A DNA stretch of 64,000 nt from Octopus vulgaris (Eukaryota). Positions 40,585 to 55,928 of this stretch are shown piece by piece. Below the pieces are notes generated by a model. It had not been told where the DNA came from and searched no databases. It saw only the letters and a list, made by a program, of their open reading frames with translations. The position numbers and the translations under genes were made by a program. The stretch is taken from positions 53,940,001-54,004,000 of the forward strand of contig OX597825.1 in the NCBI GenBank assembly GCA_951406725.2, in the 5' to 3' direction. The number at the start of each line of letters is the position of its first letter. Position 1 is the stretch's first letter.

Positions 40585-41270
40585 TGAAAATTAACATACT
40601 GATAGCAGACTTAATTAGAATAATGAATAAAGTCTCCCCAATATGCGAACCCTATGAAATGAAAAACATTTACAGAACTTCATGCACCGCATGCAGTTCT
40701 CTGGATATGGTCAGAAAGATAGGGTTCGAGTATACAAGGGGGCTTTAAAGAAATTAGACAACATTATACGTAATGATACCAGTGGTACCTGCCCTTGATA
40801 TAGAAACAAAGAATGGAATAGGATACAAAGAACTTGTGACAACTCAAACAGGACGAACACGTGGTATAAATTCGACAAATATGAAGGAGTGATGTTTGTA
40901 GAAGCCACAGCCCATGGAGAACTGGCCCGTAAATTTAGAAAAACTGTGAAGGAGACCAAACTCAACATTAAGATTGTTGAAAAGCTAGGGAACTCCGTCA
41001 GATCACAACTATGTAGGACGTACCCCTTTGAGAATACCATGTGCACCAATGATAATTGCATGGTATGTAGGATTAGCCCAGGCATTACCTGTAGATCTCG
41101 AAATGTAGTTTACAGCATAAGATGCATAGAAGGTGCTTGTAAAGACATGAACATGACGTACATAGGAGAGACATCTAGGATTAAACGAACAATATGACGA
41201 CAAAAATCATTCCTCCATACTCTACCAGCATGCCAAAGACCAACATGGAGGCAGCTTGGGTCAACTTGAC
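40585..41270 (+). mobile_element. Penelope-like element relic (RT thumb, Cys-rich linker, C-terminal GIY-YIG endonuclease; Neptune-like)
   Basis: ILIADLIRIM.., MQFSGY, VMFVEATAHGELARKFR, C...C..C......C linker, NVVYSIRC...TYIGETSR. Confidence 0.82.
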
Positions 41271-41574
41271 ATGCACATCTTATCTTTTTGTCATGATCCT
41301 TCAACAAAAATATACTTTAAGAAGTACTTTCTAACAGTGATGCTTCAGCTTGTTTCACCCACATGCTTGTGAAAATTTCAACAAAACTGTTTAGGAATGT
41401 CTACCCTGGATAAATATGTACTGCAACTGATGCTTTTAAATGCACATAAATTCTACATCAAAGTACATTAGGACACTTGTGCAATCGAAATAGGTGTCGG
41501 ATTGAAATCTAATATAAATTTATTGTGAATGACACTGCAGAAAACACTTTTTGAAGATGCATAGTTGTCCATTC

Positions 41575-42260
41575 TTCCTTATGATATGAAAGATGATACC
41601 ATTTCTGTTGACTAAGCAAGGTTGCTTTCTGTTCAAAGCAACATTCAAACGATGAAGTTGACCACAGTAGAGATTAGTAGTAATTGTTTGTTGTCTAACA
41701 GTTCGTAATGGACAAATCCTTAAATATTCCACCGTACATTCAACATGATCTTCCTTGGATGACGTCCTCCTGTTGGTTGTTGAACAGTTCTTCTTCACAA
41801 CTGATTCATGATCTGCAGCGTTTAACGTTATGATAAAGGATCCACTTCTCATCACCTGTAATAAGCGTTCGCTAAAATGGTTCCTTAAGGTGTCGTAAAA
41901 GGAATGACTGAAAATAAACAACTCTCTGATGCAGATTCCCTGGAGACAGTTCGTGCGGGACTCATTTTCAAACCACTGAAACCATTCCTATCCTTTTCAG
42001 TAGACGTAGGACATTCGTATTGGCTACGTTAAACTGTTCTGCAAGTTATCTAGAAGTAGCGGTTGAATTTCTATGTAACAATAGATTCCTACTCTTCAGA
42101 ATCCAGTTGTTTTGGACGACCTTCTCTTGGTTCGTCTTTCAAACTCAAATCTCCACGCCTGCAACGTCTTTCACTCACTACAGCATCTCAATAAGATGTG
42201 AAAAGACTTTACTGCTGCGCTTACATTGACACTTTTATGAAACTCATAGAGTAAGACATG
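41575..42260 (-). mobile_element. Decayed mariner transposase fragment
   Basis: Minus strand: GDLSLKDEPREGRP, (W)VPHEL, RLITGDEKWILYHNVKR, TITTNLYCGQLHRLNVALNRKQPCLVNRNGIIFH. Confidence 0.85.
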
Positions 42261-44434
42261 TCAAATATAATATTTAAAGGGGACAAACATGGGTGCGAAT
42301 ATAGCAGAAGATTATGGTCAATACAATCAGAGCCAGATAGAAATGTGCATTAATTACTCTTTGTGATGAACATACACTGAAAGAGTATAGTGTATATAAT
42401 ACTTTTAAGAGTAGATTTTATGCTAATGCCTATCATTGATAGATGCCACATTACTGATACTGAAATGGGGAATGTTAAATTGTAAAACTCCTTTCACACG
42501 AATTGCTATCCTGGATGTATTGCAATGCAAAATGTAATTCTATCGTAAAGTACAATATCTTCACTCTTGAACGTACACTTTATTTTTAAATATGCACACA
42601 TTTCATATGGTAGATGCCGAGTGTCTTAAAAGTGTCAAAAATTTCATATTTTTAATTACGCTTTTGTTTTTATATTTAACGGTTTTAGAAAAGACTTTCG
42701 AAATTAACAATGTAAATTGTAAGGAAGACAGCGAACGCAAATTGTGCAATTGGGAAATATTGGAGTTATTAAATATTGAAAACTCTTTGTGACTTCTGGC
42801 CGACCCTGTACAGAGATACTCGTTGTATAGCAATGCTGCAACATGAAAACTCAAACTATGCAAACTATGACAGATAGTATTATTGTCTTAAATCACCTGT
42901 TAAATATAAGAAGTAACCATTACATTTTATTAAGTTTACGAATCATTTATTTCAGGGAAAAAATAAAACGTGAAAAGATATTTATTCTGTGTCAGAAACC
43001 GACTTGTCCCATATGTTAACAACGCGAAATTTTGGCCACGACTGACATCTCGATGCTTACTCAATGTAGATATATCATTCGATACTTCAAACTTTACCAA
43101 TTTTTTATTTTTAAAAAAATTACGTTAAGTTTACATCGTTTAGTAATTCAAAAATTATATGTGACGTGAGTCTGCAAAAATCATATCTATTTATTGTAGA
43201 CCCCGGTAAAATCATAATAGCCGAGGAAGAAAAGTGAAGTATATAATACATCATCGCGTATGGATGTATTTCAGGGCATTTACTTTTAAAGAAACGTTGT
43301 AGAGATAACAAGAATATTTATCATAACAATTCCACGGTTACTTTAGAACTTCATCATACGCAGTATAGACTATTTATATATACCATCATTTCATCTGAGA
43401 TTCTTCCATTCACCCACATTATCAGACATATTTAGTCACTCAGGAAAATGTCGAAGATTCACAAATAATTGTGTCTAGCAATAACTTATTGTAAATTATA
43501 CTAATTAAGTGTTTTTTTTAACATATGAGTAACTTAACATTCAATTCGTAGCCAAGAAATATGTTATATACTTTAACTGGCTTACCCAGTTTACTTTAAC
43601 CCCAAGTATTCCTGCCTTTATAATAAGTTTATTTAGGGATAGGTAAAGATTGTTACACAACTGCTGATGACGATTCCGACAAAAATGAAATTTTCTATAG
43701 AAATTAGAGCCAACACTGATAGTCACGACGCTTTGTATACATATACGTCAATATGTATTCATCACAACCACATCCAACTCGTTAACCGCCCACACACACA
43801 TTGTAGTGACAACATCAAAAAGTGATTGAATTTCAGTGCTAATAGAGGTAGGACACAGAATTGACTTTTAAGCATTTAAAATACTTGATAAAATATATTA
43901 TGGCTGCATGAGGAAATATGGTGTCCCTACCAGCAATTGATATGCACGTAACAGTTGCCACGAATGTGTTTAATATGTAAAATTGATATACCCAATTGTG
44001 CTACACTTCTAAATTCAGTGGCTGTTTAAGCAATGTGTTTGTGGTTTATTAATCGGTTGGATGTGGCGCTGATAAAAAAAACATTAACTCCTGAAATATG
44101 CATGCTATTGTTTGCACAGATATATTCGTATACGAAACCTCATAACTTTGAGAGCTGGCTCAAATTCTTATAGAAAATCTATACAGAGAATTTTAAACAG
44201 TGACTGAATCACACTGCCAACTAAGGTAGGATAGAGTATTGAATGGAGATTTTAATATACTTGGTAGTATATTTTAGTCGCATGTGGCAAGAGAGCGTCG
44301 CTACAAGAAATTAATAAGTGTGTATATGACTGCGTGTGTATGTGCCTACGTGCGTGCGTCCTTGCATATATGTATGTATTGTACATATATAAATATGTAT
44401 ATATATATATAAATATATATATATTCAGATAGAT

Positions 44435-44632
44435 ACATACATACGTACATGCATGCATACATGCGTACATACATACGTACATACATACATACATGCATAC
44501 ATGCATGCATACATACATACATACATACATACATACATACATACATACATACATGCATACATACATACATACATACATACATACATACATACATACATAC
44601 ATACATACATACATACATACATACATACATAC
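44435..44632. repeat. (CATA)n tetranucleotide microsatellite
   Basis: Directly visible. Confidence 0.95.
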
Positions 44633-45291
44633 AAATGGATTTGAAAATGTCGAACTAACTGAAGAAACACTGAACTATATATTAGAAAAAATAAAGACTC
44701 GCGCTTCGAAACTTTCATTTGTAACGAAAATATTCAATAATTTGAAAACAGAATTCGGTTTCATTTTATATAAAGAGACACCATTTTCTTTGATTGCTTT
44801 ATTTATATTTCCCCAAGAACTTGTTGTTTTTACTTTTATTTCTACGTTATTATGCTATGTGAATCATGTGGCATTTAAGTGGACGTCTAACCTTCAATTT
44901 ACTCAAAGACTCCTCTGGGTGCTTATGAACATAATGATTATTCTTAAATAGAAAATAACATTTAACAAATGCTTTTTTTTTTATAATATTTCGGTCTGCA
45001 GTTGAATAAACATTTAAATTAAGTATGTATTATTTTGAAGGTAGTAAGCAAAAATTCATGTTCATTACTAAGTGTACTTTCTTAGCATACTTCACATCTG
45101 TTAGAAAAGCTTTCTATAAAATTGTTTCGTTATAGGTTTCCCTTAAATATAAATATATATTTCCTTTGCAACATTGTTATACTTTATAATTGCAAAATGG
45201 TGATTGACAGTTCCAAGTTATCCTGCTACCCTTTCCATGGAGAATACGGAGAATAAAATTTCGACTCTTATTCTTCATTGTGACAATATGA

Positions 45292-45355
<64 letters not shown>

Positions 45356-45356
45356 G

Positions 45357-45405
<49 letters not shown>

Positions 45406-46091
45406 ATGTATGTATGTATGTATGTATGTATGTACGTATGTATCTATGTATGTATCTATGTATGTCTGTATATATGTATGAACGTGCGTGCATACATATC
45501 TACGTATAGAGAAATATAAAAGCACGCGTGCGGAAAGACACACAGACAGACAGACAGATACACGAACAAACACAGCCACACACACAAAAATACACTCGTG
45601 TGAGAAGCGAATAAAAAACATCATATATGTCGGAATTTTTGTTTTCTGCTACTGCAAATATTATTTTTAAACATTTGTTTTACTTTTCTAACTTCATTCA
45701 AAGAATTCTTTTTGATAGAATTTAGAACTGATTTAATAAACACAGATTTTCCTCTAAACATGAATCGGTTCTGTGTATAATTCTTTTACCATTAATTTAC
45801 TTATTTCTTCAATCTATCACCGTGCCGTCGTGAGAAAGTGCGAAGATTTCAGTTTTAGTTGAAAATGTGTGAAACCCTTTGCTTGAAGTAATAAAGAATT
45901 TGTAAACTAGTACAAAATCAATATTGAAACAACAACTTGAAATATCAAAGAGAAAACAAAACAACATTTTACCTGAGGTAGAAGAAAAAGTAATAGGAAG
46001 TAAAAAGAAAATATCACATTTAAAAACAAATGAATATAAAATATATAGTCATTGCAATGTACATACATGCATACATCCATTCATGCAAGCA

Positions 46092-46228
<137 letters not shown>

Positions 46229-46556
46229 GTATGTGTGTGTGGTTACATATATATATATAAATATACATTCGCATGTATATGTACATATACACATATTTAC
46301 AGACAAGCCCTCACACATACACAGATGCACACACACATCGATACATGTATATATTTATATATATACTTATACGTATATACAAACATATGTATGTATATGC
46401 ATGTATGCATGTATCTATATATGTAGGTATGTATGTTTGTATAAATGTATGTATTATTGTGTGTGAGAGTGTTAAAGTTCGCTGACGAATTTATTTCTCT
46501 CTAAATTTAATGTTCATTTGGGCAATCAGAAGAAAATATATTCCCGCTTATAGCCG

Positions 46557-46610
<54 letters not shown>

Positions 46611-46931
46611 TGTATGTATGTATGTATGTATGTATGTATGTATGTGTATGTATATATGTATGTATATATATGTATGTGTGTCTGTGTGTATGTATGTATA
46701 TATATATACATGTGTGTGTATATATGTATGTATATATATAAATATATATATATATACCTACATATATACATGCATGCATGTATATATATCTATATATTCA
46801 TGCATATATATGTATTCATAGATAAATGTTTGTCAAGTGTGTATATAATGTTGCAGATATGCATATGTATGTACATATATGTGTATGCATGTTTGTTTGT
46901 GTGTGTCTTTGTCTGTGTGTGTGTGTGTGTG

Positions 46932-46993
<62 letters not shown>

Positions 46994-48209
46994 CAACTGC
47001 CAAAAGTTACTTTCGGCAACTTGAAATAAATTCAGTACTGATTATCAAGTTAGATGCTACTCAACTTCTGATTCTTTCCTAATTAAATACATTGGCATTG
47101 ATTAAACATTTCCACTACTGTGCTTTAACTCTCACTTCCCCCTTCTTATTCTTCTTTCTCTCTCTCTCAATCCTTCTCTCTTTGTCATCTTTCTACTTCT
47201 TTCTTTCTTTATCTCCTCGCTCTTTCTCTATAATGTTTTTCACCCTTTACTTAATATATTAATTTGATTTCTCTTGATTAGCATGAAAACAACGATCGCT
47301 TGATTTCGTTGCTTCCAAATTTTTGTATCATTTTCTCTTGATTGATTTAATTTCCGTCCAAGATGTTTAGGCCATCGACCAAAGCATGGGCAAAGATTTC
47401 AATCTTTACTATTAACAGAAAGCTAGAACGTTATTGATTAATTCTATATATTAAAACATACAAATTAAATCTTTAAAAAAAATCAGAAAATAGCACAGCA
47501 AAACACCTCTGTAGGATATTTTTTCTCTCTTCATAAATATCGTTACAGCTTTTTGTTTGTTTCGACAAAATTTACTTTTTTATATCAACATTTTGGGAGC
47601 AACATTACGAGATTTCTTTATAAAAACATGCAGAAAAATGCGAAAATGAAGAGTAAAACGCTATTGAAATTATAATATAAAATACAGATAAAAAATAAAT
47701 GCGTTGAAAATCCTTAAAACTAATACGAGTTTAATTAATTTAAAATTGATTTAAAGATTGTGATTGCCCCTTACAACATTCTCTTGTGAAGAAACTGTTT
47801 GCTGGATTTTTTTCTTTTTTTTTTGGTTTTTGTTTTTGTTTTGTTTTTTGTGGGGCGGGGTTGTATTTTGAAACCTCTCAAATCGCATTTATCATTTGAC
47901 ACTATCTATATTCTATTCTCGTCTAATAGATTTCGATCCAGCAACCAAATGCCATCATACTACTTATCAATTTCTTAATCAATACGGTATTCCAACTGTC
48001 ATCAGCCCATTTTCCACGTTAATCGTTCACCTTCGCTCATATTTTTATTTTCCATCTTCGACCGTGTATCCCATTTAATGTTAAAAAATGTTCATTATCA
48101 TGTAGTCAAGGAAGAGAACAATGGTGTAGGCGAGATACGAACTTACGACACTAAATTGTATTGTTGAGTTTTACAGCTAAATCGCTTAAAAATTATCGAA
48201 TGACGGCCG

Positions 48210-48362
48210 GACGGTTGGTTGGTTGGTCGGTGGGTGGGCTGGTTGGTTGGTTTGTCGGTTGGCCGTCGGTCGGCTGGTTGGTTGGTTTGTTGGTTGGTCG
48301 TGGGTCGGCTGGTTGGTTGGTTTGTCGGTTGGTTGGCTGGTTGGTTGGTCTGTCGGTTGGTC
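48210..48362. repeat. Degenerate (GGTT)/(GGTC)n tetranucleotide tract
   Basis: Directly visible. Confidence 0.9.
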
Positions 48363-48412
48363 ATGTGTCGGCTGGGTGTCATCAGGCCATCAAGTTCTAC
48401 GAAGGAGACAAA

Positions 48413-48578
48413 TCGAATACGTCGGCCCCAGTACTCCACTGGTACTTATTTTATCGACCTCGAAAGGATAAAAGGCAAAGCAGACCTCGCCGGAATTTGA
48501 ACTCTGAACGTGAAGGCGGCTGAAATACCGCTATACAGCTTTCCAGCGTGCTAATGATTGTGCCATCTCATCGCCATT
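48413..48578 (-). mobile_element. SINE family B
   Basis: GGTACTTATTTTATCGACC.CGAAAGGAT.AAAGGCAAAG..GACCTCG.CGGAATTTGAACTC, reverse complement of the 11603-11812 insert. Confidence 0.8.
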
Positions 48579-48590
48579 ATAAAACTAATA

Positions 48591-49440
48591 CAGAAATCCC
48601 TCCACTAGCGCGGGTGCTGCCTTCCCCAAACTCCGCGATAGGTGAAAATTCGCGAAGTAGAAACAGTACTGTACTGTATATTTTGTAAATTATTTTTATA
48701 TATTTAAGCTTTAATAAACTCTACCAGGACTCTTAGGAGTACCCGTGTCTTCTATGTTTTTGCGAGTGAGGAAAAGGGGTGAGTAGTTGCTTGCGCTACT
48801 TTTTCTTCTGTGTAAGGAGGTTTTGATAAACTTCCATGGCTCCGTGGATTGCATTTCCAAACTGTAACGCACGAAATATCTGGGGGTCCCACTCTTCCGC
48901 CATTCTTTGAAGTTCTGTTAGAAGCTTACATCTTCATACCTTCTCCCTTCCTTAAACAAGTCGAGAAGTCTCACCTCTGCTATTGTTAGCATCTTCTTCG
49001 GGCGCTTGGGTTGACTGCCAGAAACCTTAGAAAGTGTAGAATGTTTGGGCGGCATCGTAGGGCTTGAAATAAATTCACAATTTTATGCATAAATACAAAC
49101 TGCCACACACTCACCTCCCAAGTTTCGTTTTCCATACAGTATGTGCAATTCTTTGTTTACTTATCTACGGTACACAACGTATTTTCTTTTAATATATTTT
49201 AATTAATGTGTTATAGAATGCAGTACTGTACGGTATTTTTTATTTATTGATTTATTAATTTTTAGGCGTTAAAATGCTTATTTTCCAATAAAAATAGTTA
49301 AAATCTAAAAAAAATGTAATATCTATCGGCTGCAGAAACCCATGATATACTGGGGATTCCGCGATATAGATTTACATATCAGAAATCTGTGATGTATTGA
49401 GGACGTGATAAGTGAATCGTGATATGGGGAGTGATTACGG
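48591..49440 (-). mobile_element. Internally deleted Tigger/pogo-like element (850 bp) with both TIRs and TA flanks
   Basis: TA|CAGAAATCCCTCC ... GGAGTGATTACGG|TA. Minus-strand ATG 49055 MPPKHSTLSKVSGSQPKRPKKMLTIAEVRLLDLFKEGRRY resembles the CENP-B/Tigger N-terminal HTH. Confidence 0.8.
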
Positions 49441-49655
49441 TAATCCTTTCAAATATACGCACAAGGCATGAAATATTGAGGAGAGGAATGGTCGATCACA
49501 TCGACACCAATACTTGACAGGTACTTAATTTATCAACCCCGAAAGGATGAAATGAAAAGTCGACTTCGGCGGAATTTGAACTCAGAACATAGAGACGGAC
49601 GAAATGCCGCGAAGAATGTTACCGGGTGTGCCAACGATTTTGCCAGCTAACCGCC
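49441..49655 (-). mobile_element. SINE family B
   Basis: Same core as 48413-48578; head at ...TGCCAGCTAACCGCC. Confidence 0.8.
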
Positions 49656-49656
49656 A

Positions 49657-49727
<71 letters not shown>

Positions 49728-49823
49728 GTTATAATTAGTAGAAGAAGAAGAAGAAGAAGAAGAAGAAGAAGAAGAAGAAGAAGAAGAAGAAGAAGAAGAA
49801 GAAGAAAAGAAGAGTAATAAAAC

Positions 49824-50369
49824 TGATGCAGTACCAGGCAGTAGCTCTCGTGGCTTCTGATCTTAACTGATTGGAAGTTTTATCATGTACTTTGTTTTGT
49901 CTTGGTATAAAAGATGGGTTACAGCAAACATTCTGCTCAGTATACAGATTTGTTTGTCAGTTGTTTGACCTTCACCACTTGAGCATGTCCCTAAGTGGCT
50001 GACGATATGTGCATCTCTGATCACGAGTAAAAGTAGTGGGGAGCATCATAGCCATGTGTTGAGAGGGATTCTTTGGGGTTGAATCATTCACCTCTGGAAA
50101 CATGGGTGTTTCGTTCAACCCTTAAACAACCCTTATTCAGGGACCTTTTGAGCGGGATGGGTTACTCGACTTGAAGAAACTTCTAACTGGGCCCCACCTG
50201 CAAGGTCATGTGCTGTTTATCTTGATATGAGATCACCATGTCGTGCACATAGTGTTGTGATGCATGTACCTAGTGTACCCTTATCAGACGGGTAGTCATG
50301 ATGGGTATACTGGGCTTCGTATATTTTATCCCAGTGTCACTTTGATGGCATGCACTGCTCTCTCACTCA
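49824..50369 (+). mobile_element. ~550 bp interspersed repeat (family M), complete copy embedded in an (AAT)/(GAA) microsatellite
   Basis: Homologous to 21527-22007. Non-coding, with trinucleotide tracts on both sides. Orientation is arbitrary. Confidence 0.8.
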
Positions 50370-51251
50370 ATAAGAAGAAGAAGAAGAACAACAACAACAA
50401 CAATAATAATAATAATAATAATAATAATTGGATTATCAACAACAATATTTTTTATTTACATACAAGGTTAGCATTTTATAAGAAAGGAGTATACTGATAT
50501 CATTGATTTTTGTACCTTAGTGGTACTTGTTATTTCAACGACCATGTGCAATTAAATTAGTTCAACGACCAGCTACAATCCACATTCGTCTCTTCTCAAT
50601 ATTTACAGATACATATTGCTCAGTTTTCTTTATCCATTTTATTTTAGACCTGGTCACGTCGCATTACTGAAACAATGTCAGCAGTGAAAGCACAGCACAC
50701 GCACGTCCCAGTTGTGACCTAAAGGAAGCAAACCGATAAAACATTGGATTTATGAAGACATGTGTCTAATTTCAATAGCCTCACATTAATGACTGCGTAA
50801 CATATGGGAGCTTGTTCCGTCTCAACGAACGTAAATGTGATACATCACACCAGTGCAACGATGCTTATGGAAGAAAAAACATAAGACGGACGATTATGCT
50901 AAAACCTGTTATATATCGTATTTATGGACAGCTGCGTCGATATAGACATTTTAGACAGAGAAAACAACCGCATAACATGTTGAAATTAGACATTATATCA
51001 TAATACACAGACACACGCACATACACATGCACATATATATGAATATGCAATGCTTTCGTATGTAGTCTGATGAGAGGGAACGTAAAATTCAAATAACTAG
51101 ATGAGAGCGTCCTTTGTCATAATCATAAATAACTCTTGCCCCGTAGCACTGAGGACTGTTTGAACTTCTTTCGTGTATTTATGTATACTTCATACCCACA
51201 TACATGCTCACATGCGCATATATATTTGTGTTGATAAGATACATATATACA

Positions 51252-51625
<374 letters not shown>

Positions 51626-52934
51626 GATATGCATAGTGTGAATTTATGCATGTACGTATATTGAGATATGAGTAAACATTAAAGGACATTGGTATGATTA
51701 AGATTTAAACCACTTTGATCATAGGACTTTTCAATCAATATTGAACTGGGGTTAAACAATAACAACATCGACGGCAGCAACAACTTTACTATTGATACAA
51801 TGATGTCATTGGTGAACTGCAGTAAATCACGTGCTCACTGGAGGTGGTTATTTCAAAGTTTAGATGAAGGAATATATGATGATCAGACAAATATATCATA
51901 CATTCAGATGTCATATAAATACCAAGAAGTATAAGGATTTTTGTCATACTTTCGCCGATTCTTTGTGATAAATTGGAATATCCGAAATCAAGTGATATTA
52001 AAAAGATAAACGTAAAAAAGCAAACCATCATCATCAACAACAATAGCATAATCATCAACAACTAGAACAAATCAGTATGCTTGTTAGGTAACCAGAGATA
52101 TGTGACATATTGCTAATATATATGATATATTTTCTATATTAAATTAATTTAGCAGACGAAAGAATTAATGCGGCAACATTTAAAGAATGAGAAATTGTTT
52201 AATCATTCAAGCACAAGCTGAAATATATTCTTCTATAAAATCCAAAACGTTCAATTTAAATATACAACAGCTGGAATTCTACAATAATTCAGTAGTTTCA
52301 TTATAATACTTCCGGTTTATTAGAACTTAGAATGTCGAATATTTTTCTACGAAAGCAAATCATGAAACGTGTTTAATACACATTTCTGCATCAGCATTGA
52401 TTTCATGAGAAACGTTTTAGGTTTTATTATTCGTTTATTAAGGTTTCTTCGTCCGGAAGTAAAATTTCAAAAGGTACGGACAATAAATTGCAAAACAAGA
52501 GGACCTCGATGTAATCATGATACGTAGTTGATTAAAATGTTATATAATGTTTGCTAAGACCCAGGTTAAATTTGACGCTGAAGAGATAGCAATAGATGAA
52601 ATCAGACAAACAGATGACTTCTTATTAAATGACAGAAAATGGTTTCCTTGAGTGTGATTCCAAACTACAAGGAATGAAATAATTTCAATATTTTCGCGAT
52701 TGGACTGCAGCTATACTCGGGTACCTCCTGGAGGGTTTAGACAACAATCGATCTCAGTAAGTTTGGTATGTATAATATCAGTCGCGTTGACATGTCCACT
52801 AACTTATTTGGATGTAAACAAATCAACATTAGTTGTCAAGAGCTAGTGGGGTTGAAAACAAACGCAATGACACAAACACACACATATACATACACAAACA
52901 GACAGACACACGCATACACACACTCTTCCACACA

Positions 52935-52981
<47 letters not shown>

Positions 52982-53012
52982 TGAAACATTTTGAAACATT
53001 TTGAGGTATGGC

Positions 53013-54131
53013 ATTAAAGAAAGTTCTTGTGTAAGGCCGGAAAAATACGAGAAGGTACAAAGTAAACTACAAAACGAAAAGAAAACAGAAAAAAAGTTGC
53101 AGCTTTACTTTGTATTTTTTTCTGGGTGAACACCGCTTCTTCAAGACACTTGGTAAAAACGGTAGTTAGAAAAGGTCGTTGATCAGATATGTATTGGGTG
53201 GGGCGACAGGGAACGAAAGAGGAAGGCGACATGCGCTGGCTGGTGCTACTATAGCAACCAGTCTGCTTCGTGTAGTTCCTTCTTGTTGTTCAAAGCTGGT
53301 CTCAATTTTTTCATATGGAGGGCTTCCATAATTCTGAGATTACCTCTTTTGTGTTGGGTTGCCTTGATGGAAACTTTGAAATTCTGGGTTTGCTATTTCC
53401 TAAGACGTTTCTTTAATGAGGTGTCCGTGTGCATATGCTCCTTTATGCGGATGTGTAGTTTCCTAGTCGTGCTCCCTATGTAGCACGCTGCGCATTTACT
53501 ACAGACTACTTCGATTGCTCCATAAGCCAACCAGCATACTTGATGTCATTGCTGAGTGTGCATCCTACGGTACTCTCTGAGGCATTTTCCCTCGACAGAA
53601 CTTTCTTCAGGGATGGACCAGTGTGTACCAATTGTATGTTGAGTCCTTCGCTGCGGATGGCATATTGAATTACTACAGCTATTCGGTCATCGAAGTAGAG
53701 CAGTTTAAGGAAGCAGTTTTCCGACTTGGTGTTATTAGCTTTCTTATGTTGTTTACCTACTTATTTGTGTTTCGTGGATGCAGTCGTTTAGTTACACATC
53801 GTAGATAGCCGTATAACGGCTCTTTATAAGCAAATTGAGCCCAGGTTTCCTTGCAAACAAATTGAGACTAGCCATGGACGATAGGAAGGAACTACACAAA
53901 GCAGACTGGTTGCTATAGCAACACCGGTCTGCGCTTGTCAGTTTCCTCCTTCCTCGTTGCCTCTGCCACACACATCCGAGGAACGACCTTTTCCAACTAC
54001 AGCTTTTTCCAAATGTCCCGAAGAAGGGCTATCAACCCGCAATATAGAAACATAAGGTAAAACTGCAACTTTGTTATCTTTTCTTTTACCTACTCGCATT
54101 ATTCTGGCCTTACACAAAAGCCTTCTCTAAA
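53013..54131 (-). mobile_element. Penelope-like element: 3' ORF relic with GIY-YIG endonuclease, flanked by inverted pseudo-LTRs
   Basis: Minus strand ~53820-53249: FLKLLYFDDRIA..IRSEGLNIQLVHTGPSL..VVCSKCAACYIGSTTRKLHIRIKEH..MEALHMKKLRPALNNKKELHEADWLL*. 53013-53310 and 53859-54131 are diverged inverted copies. Confidence 0.85.
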
Positions 54132-54151
54132 TATATATATATATATATATG

Positions 54152-54221
<70 letters not shown>

Positions 54222-54378
54222 CATACATACATACACACAAATATACACGCACACACGCACACACACTCATATATATATATACATATATACATTCATACAT
54301 ACATACACATACACACACAAATACACACGCACACACACTCATATATATATATATATATATATGTATACACACACATAA

Positions 54379-54525
54379 CGGACTTCTACACACTTTTCGT
54401 CTATCGACTTTCCTCGCAAGGCATTGGTAACGCCAGAGCTATAATAGGAGGCACTTGCTGAAGTGGCCACACAGAAGACCTCAACCCCAAAACACATGGC
54501 CGCAAAACGAGTTTCATAGACAAGA
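54379..54525 (-). mobile_element. Decayed SINE family C head
   Basis: Weak reverse-complement match to the 12031/61147 family. Confidence 0.5.
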
Positions 54526-55928
54526 AATAACAATACTGATTTTTTTCCCTAGTCTAGTTAATATGATATATTGAAAATTTGTGGTTTGTCCAAATCCAAA
54601 ATCTTTTCGCATATACGTCAACATTCAACAACAGGAAATACAAATTTCAAATGGTTTTCTTAATGTTTTTAATTGTCGAAAGCTGATGGAGAAAGAGCAA
54701 CGCCCGTAATACATTTCATAGATTAGAAGAATGGTAGGAGGGTGACACTTAGGCTCTGGCTGGTGAACTTGCCTATACGATTAGGATGAACTCCAATTAA
54801 TACATCCAACGGCAGAATGGCGGCATTCGATCCAGCGACATTTTAAGTCATACATCACCAACATACAGATTCAATCTCTTTGTACGTATTTTACAAAATT
54901 TCTGTTTATTCAAAACTTTAGTCGATCAAAAGCTAATGCAAATGATTCACGGAGAGCCCTATTTTTTTGCGATGAATGTAGGGTGCTTTTATGCTGAAAG
55001 TAGTAGTAAAAAAAAGACTAATCAAGTCAAAATAATAGCACTATATACTGGATAATTTATTTCTGGATACACTATATCTAAATAAATGAGTGTGTAGTAT
55101 CTGTTTGAATATCCTAAGTTTTTCCGAATGTAGCTGAACTTGTGCTAAACAAGAAAATGTTTCAAACCAAATGGCAAACGATTTTGTCAACTATTTCTCC
55201 ATTGAATTTCATCTCTTTGGAATCTTTTTCCAGTGTACACGCATCTCACAGATATTAACCTGCACACATCGGAGCAAAAATACTTCAAACGTATCAGTAT
55301 CACCAATCACAAAATACCGGAGGAGCCACGTGTAAGAAATAACTGGATGGGATTCGCTTCAATATAAACACGTCCAAACTAAACAGCCACGACAACAAAA
55401 GCAAAAGTAACAAAAAAAAAAACACAACAGCAACAACAATAACAATACCAACAAGAACAAAATTGTAATTTATGACTATAGAACAAGGTTAAAAATGTCG
55501 AGGGAAGGACGTGCAATTGATCGATATTGTATAAAAGCAATTTTTTTTCTTTGTGTTCAGGTGAAACGCACTATGGCAGCCACATAACTTTGCAAATCTC
55601 TTCTTATAGAATATAATTTCAAATAGGGAAGCTCTAGGAATAAAATATATTGAAAACAAGTCTCCCAAATTCCCCAAAAGTAGTATTGAATTTGCTAGTA
55701 GAGTGAAAGAGGGAGACAAAATCTTTCTGTATTTTGTATATTCCTGTTTTATAATGCTGTTTTTGTTTTCTGTATATAGCATATTCTCAAGTGAGGATTG
55801 ATTCCTTTTATTTTTCAGCTGCGTCTAGCATCTTATATCAACTTGCTATAGAATGGAAGTAAAAAAGTTTCCGTTCAGCGTTTTTGTTAGTTGTAAATTT
55901 TTAAAGAAACAAATTCATTTCTACTCAC

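Noticed and set aside
51066-51110. CTGATGA hammerhead core
   Set aside because: No stem II closed by GAAA and no stem I partner identified.
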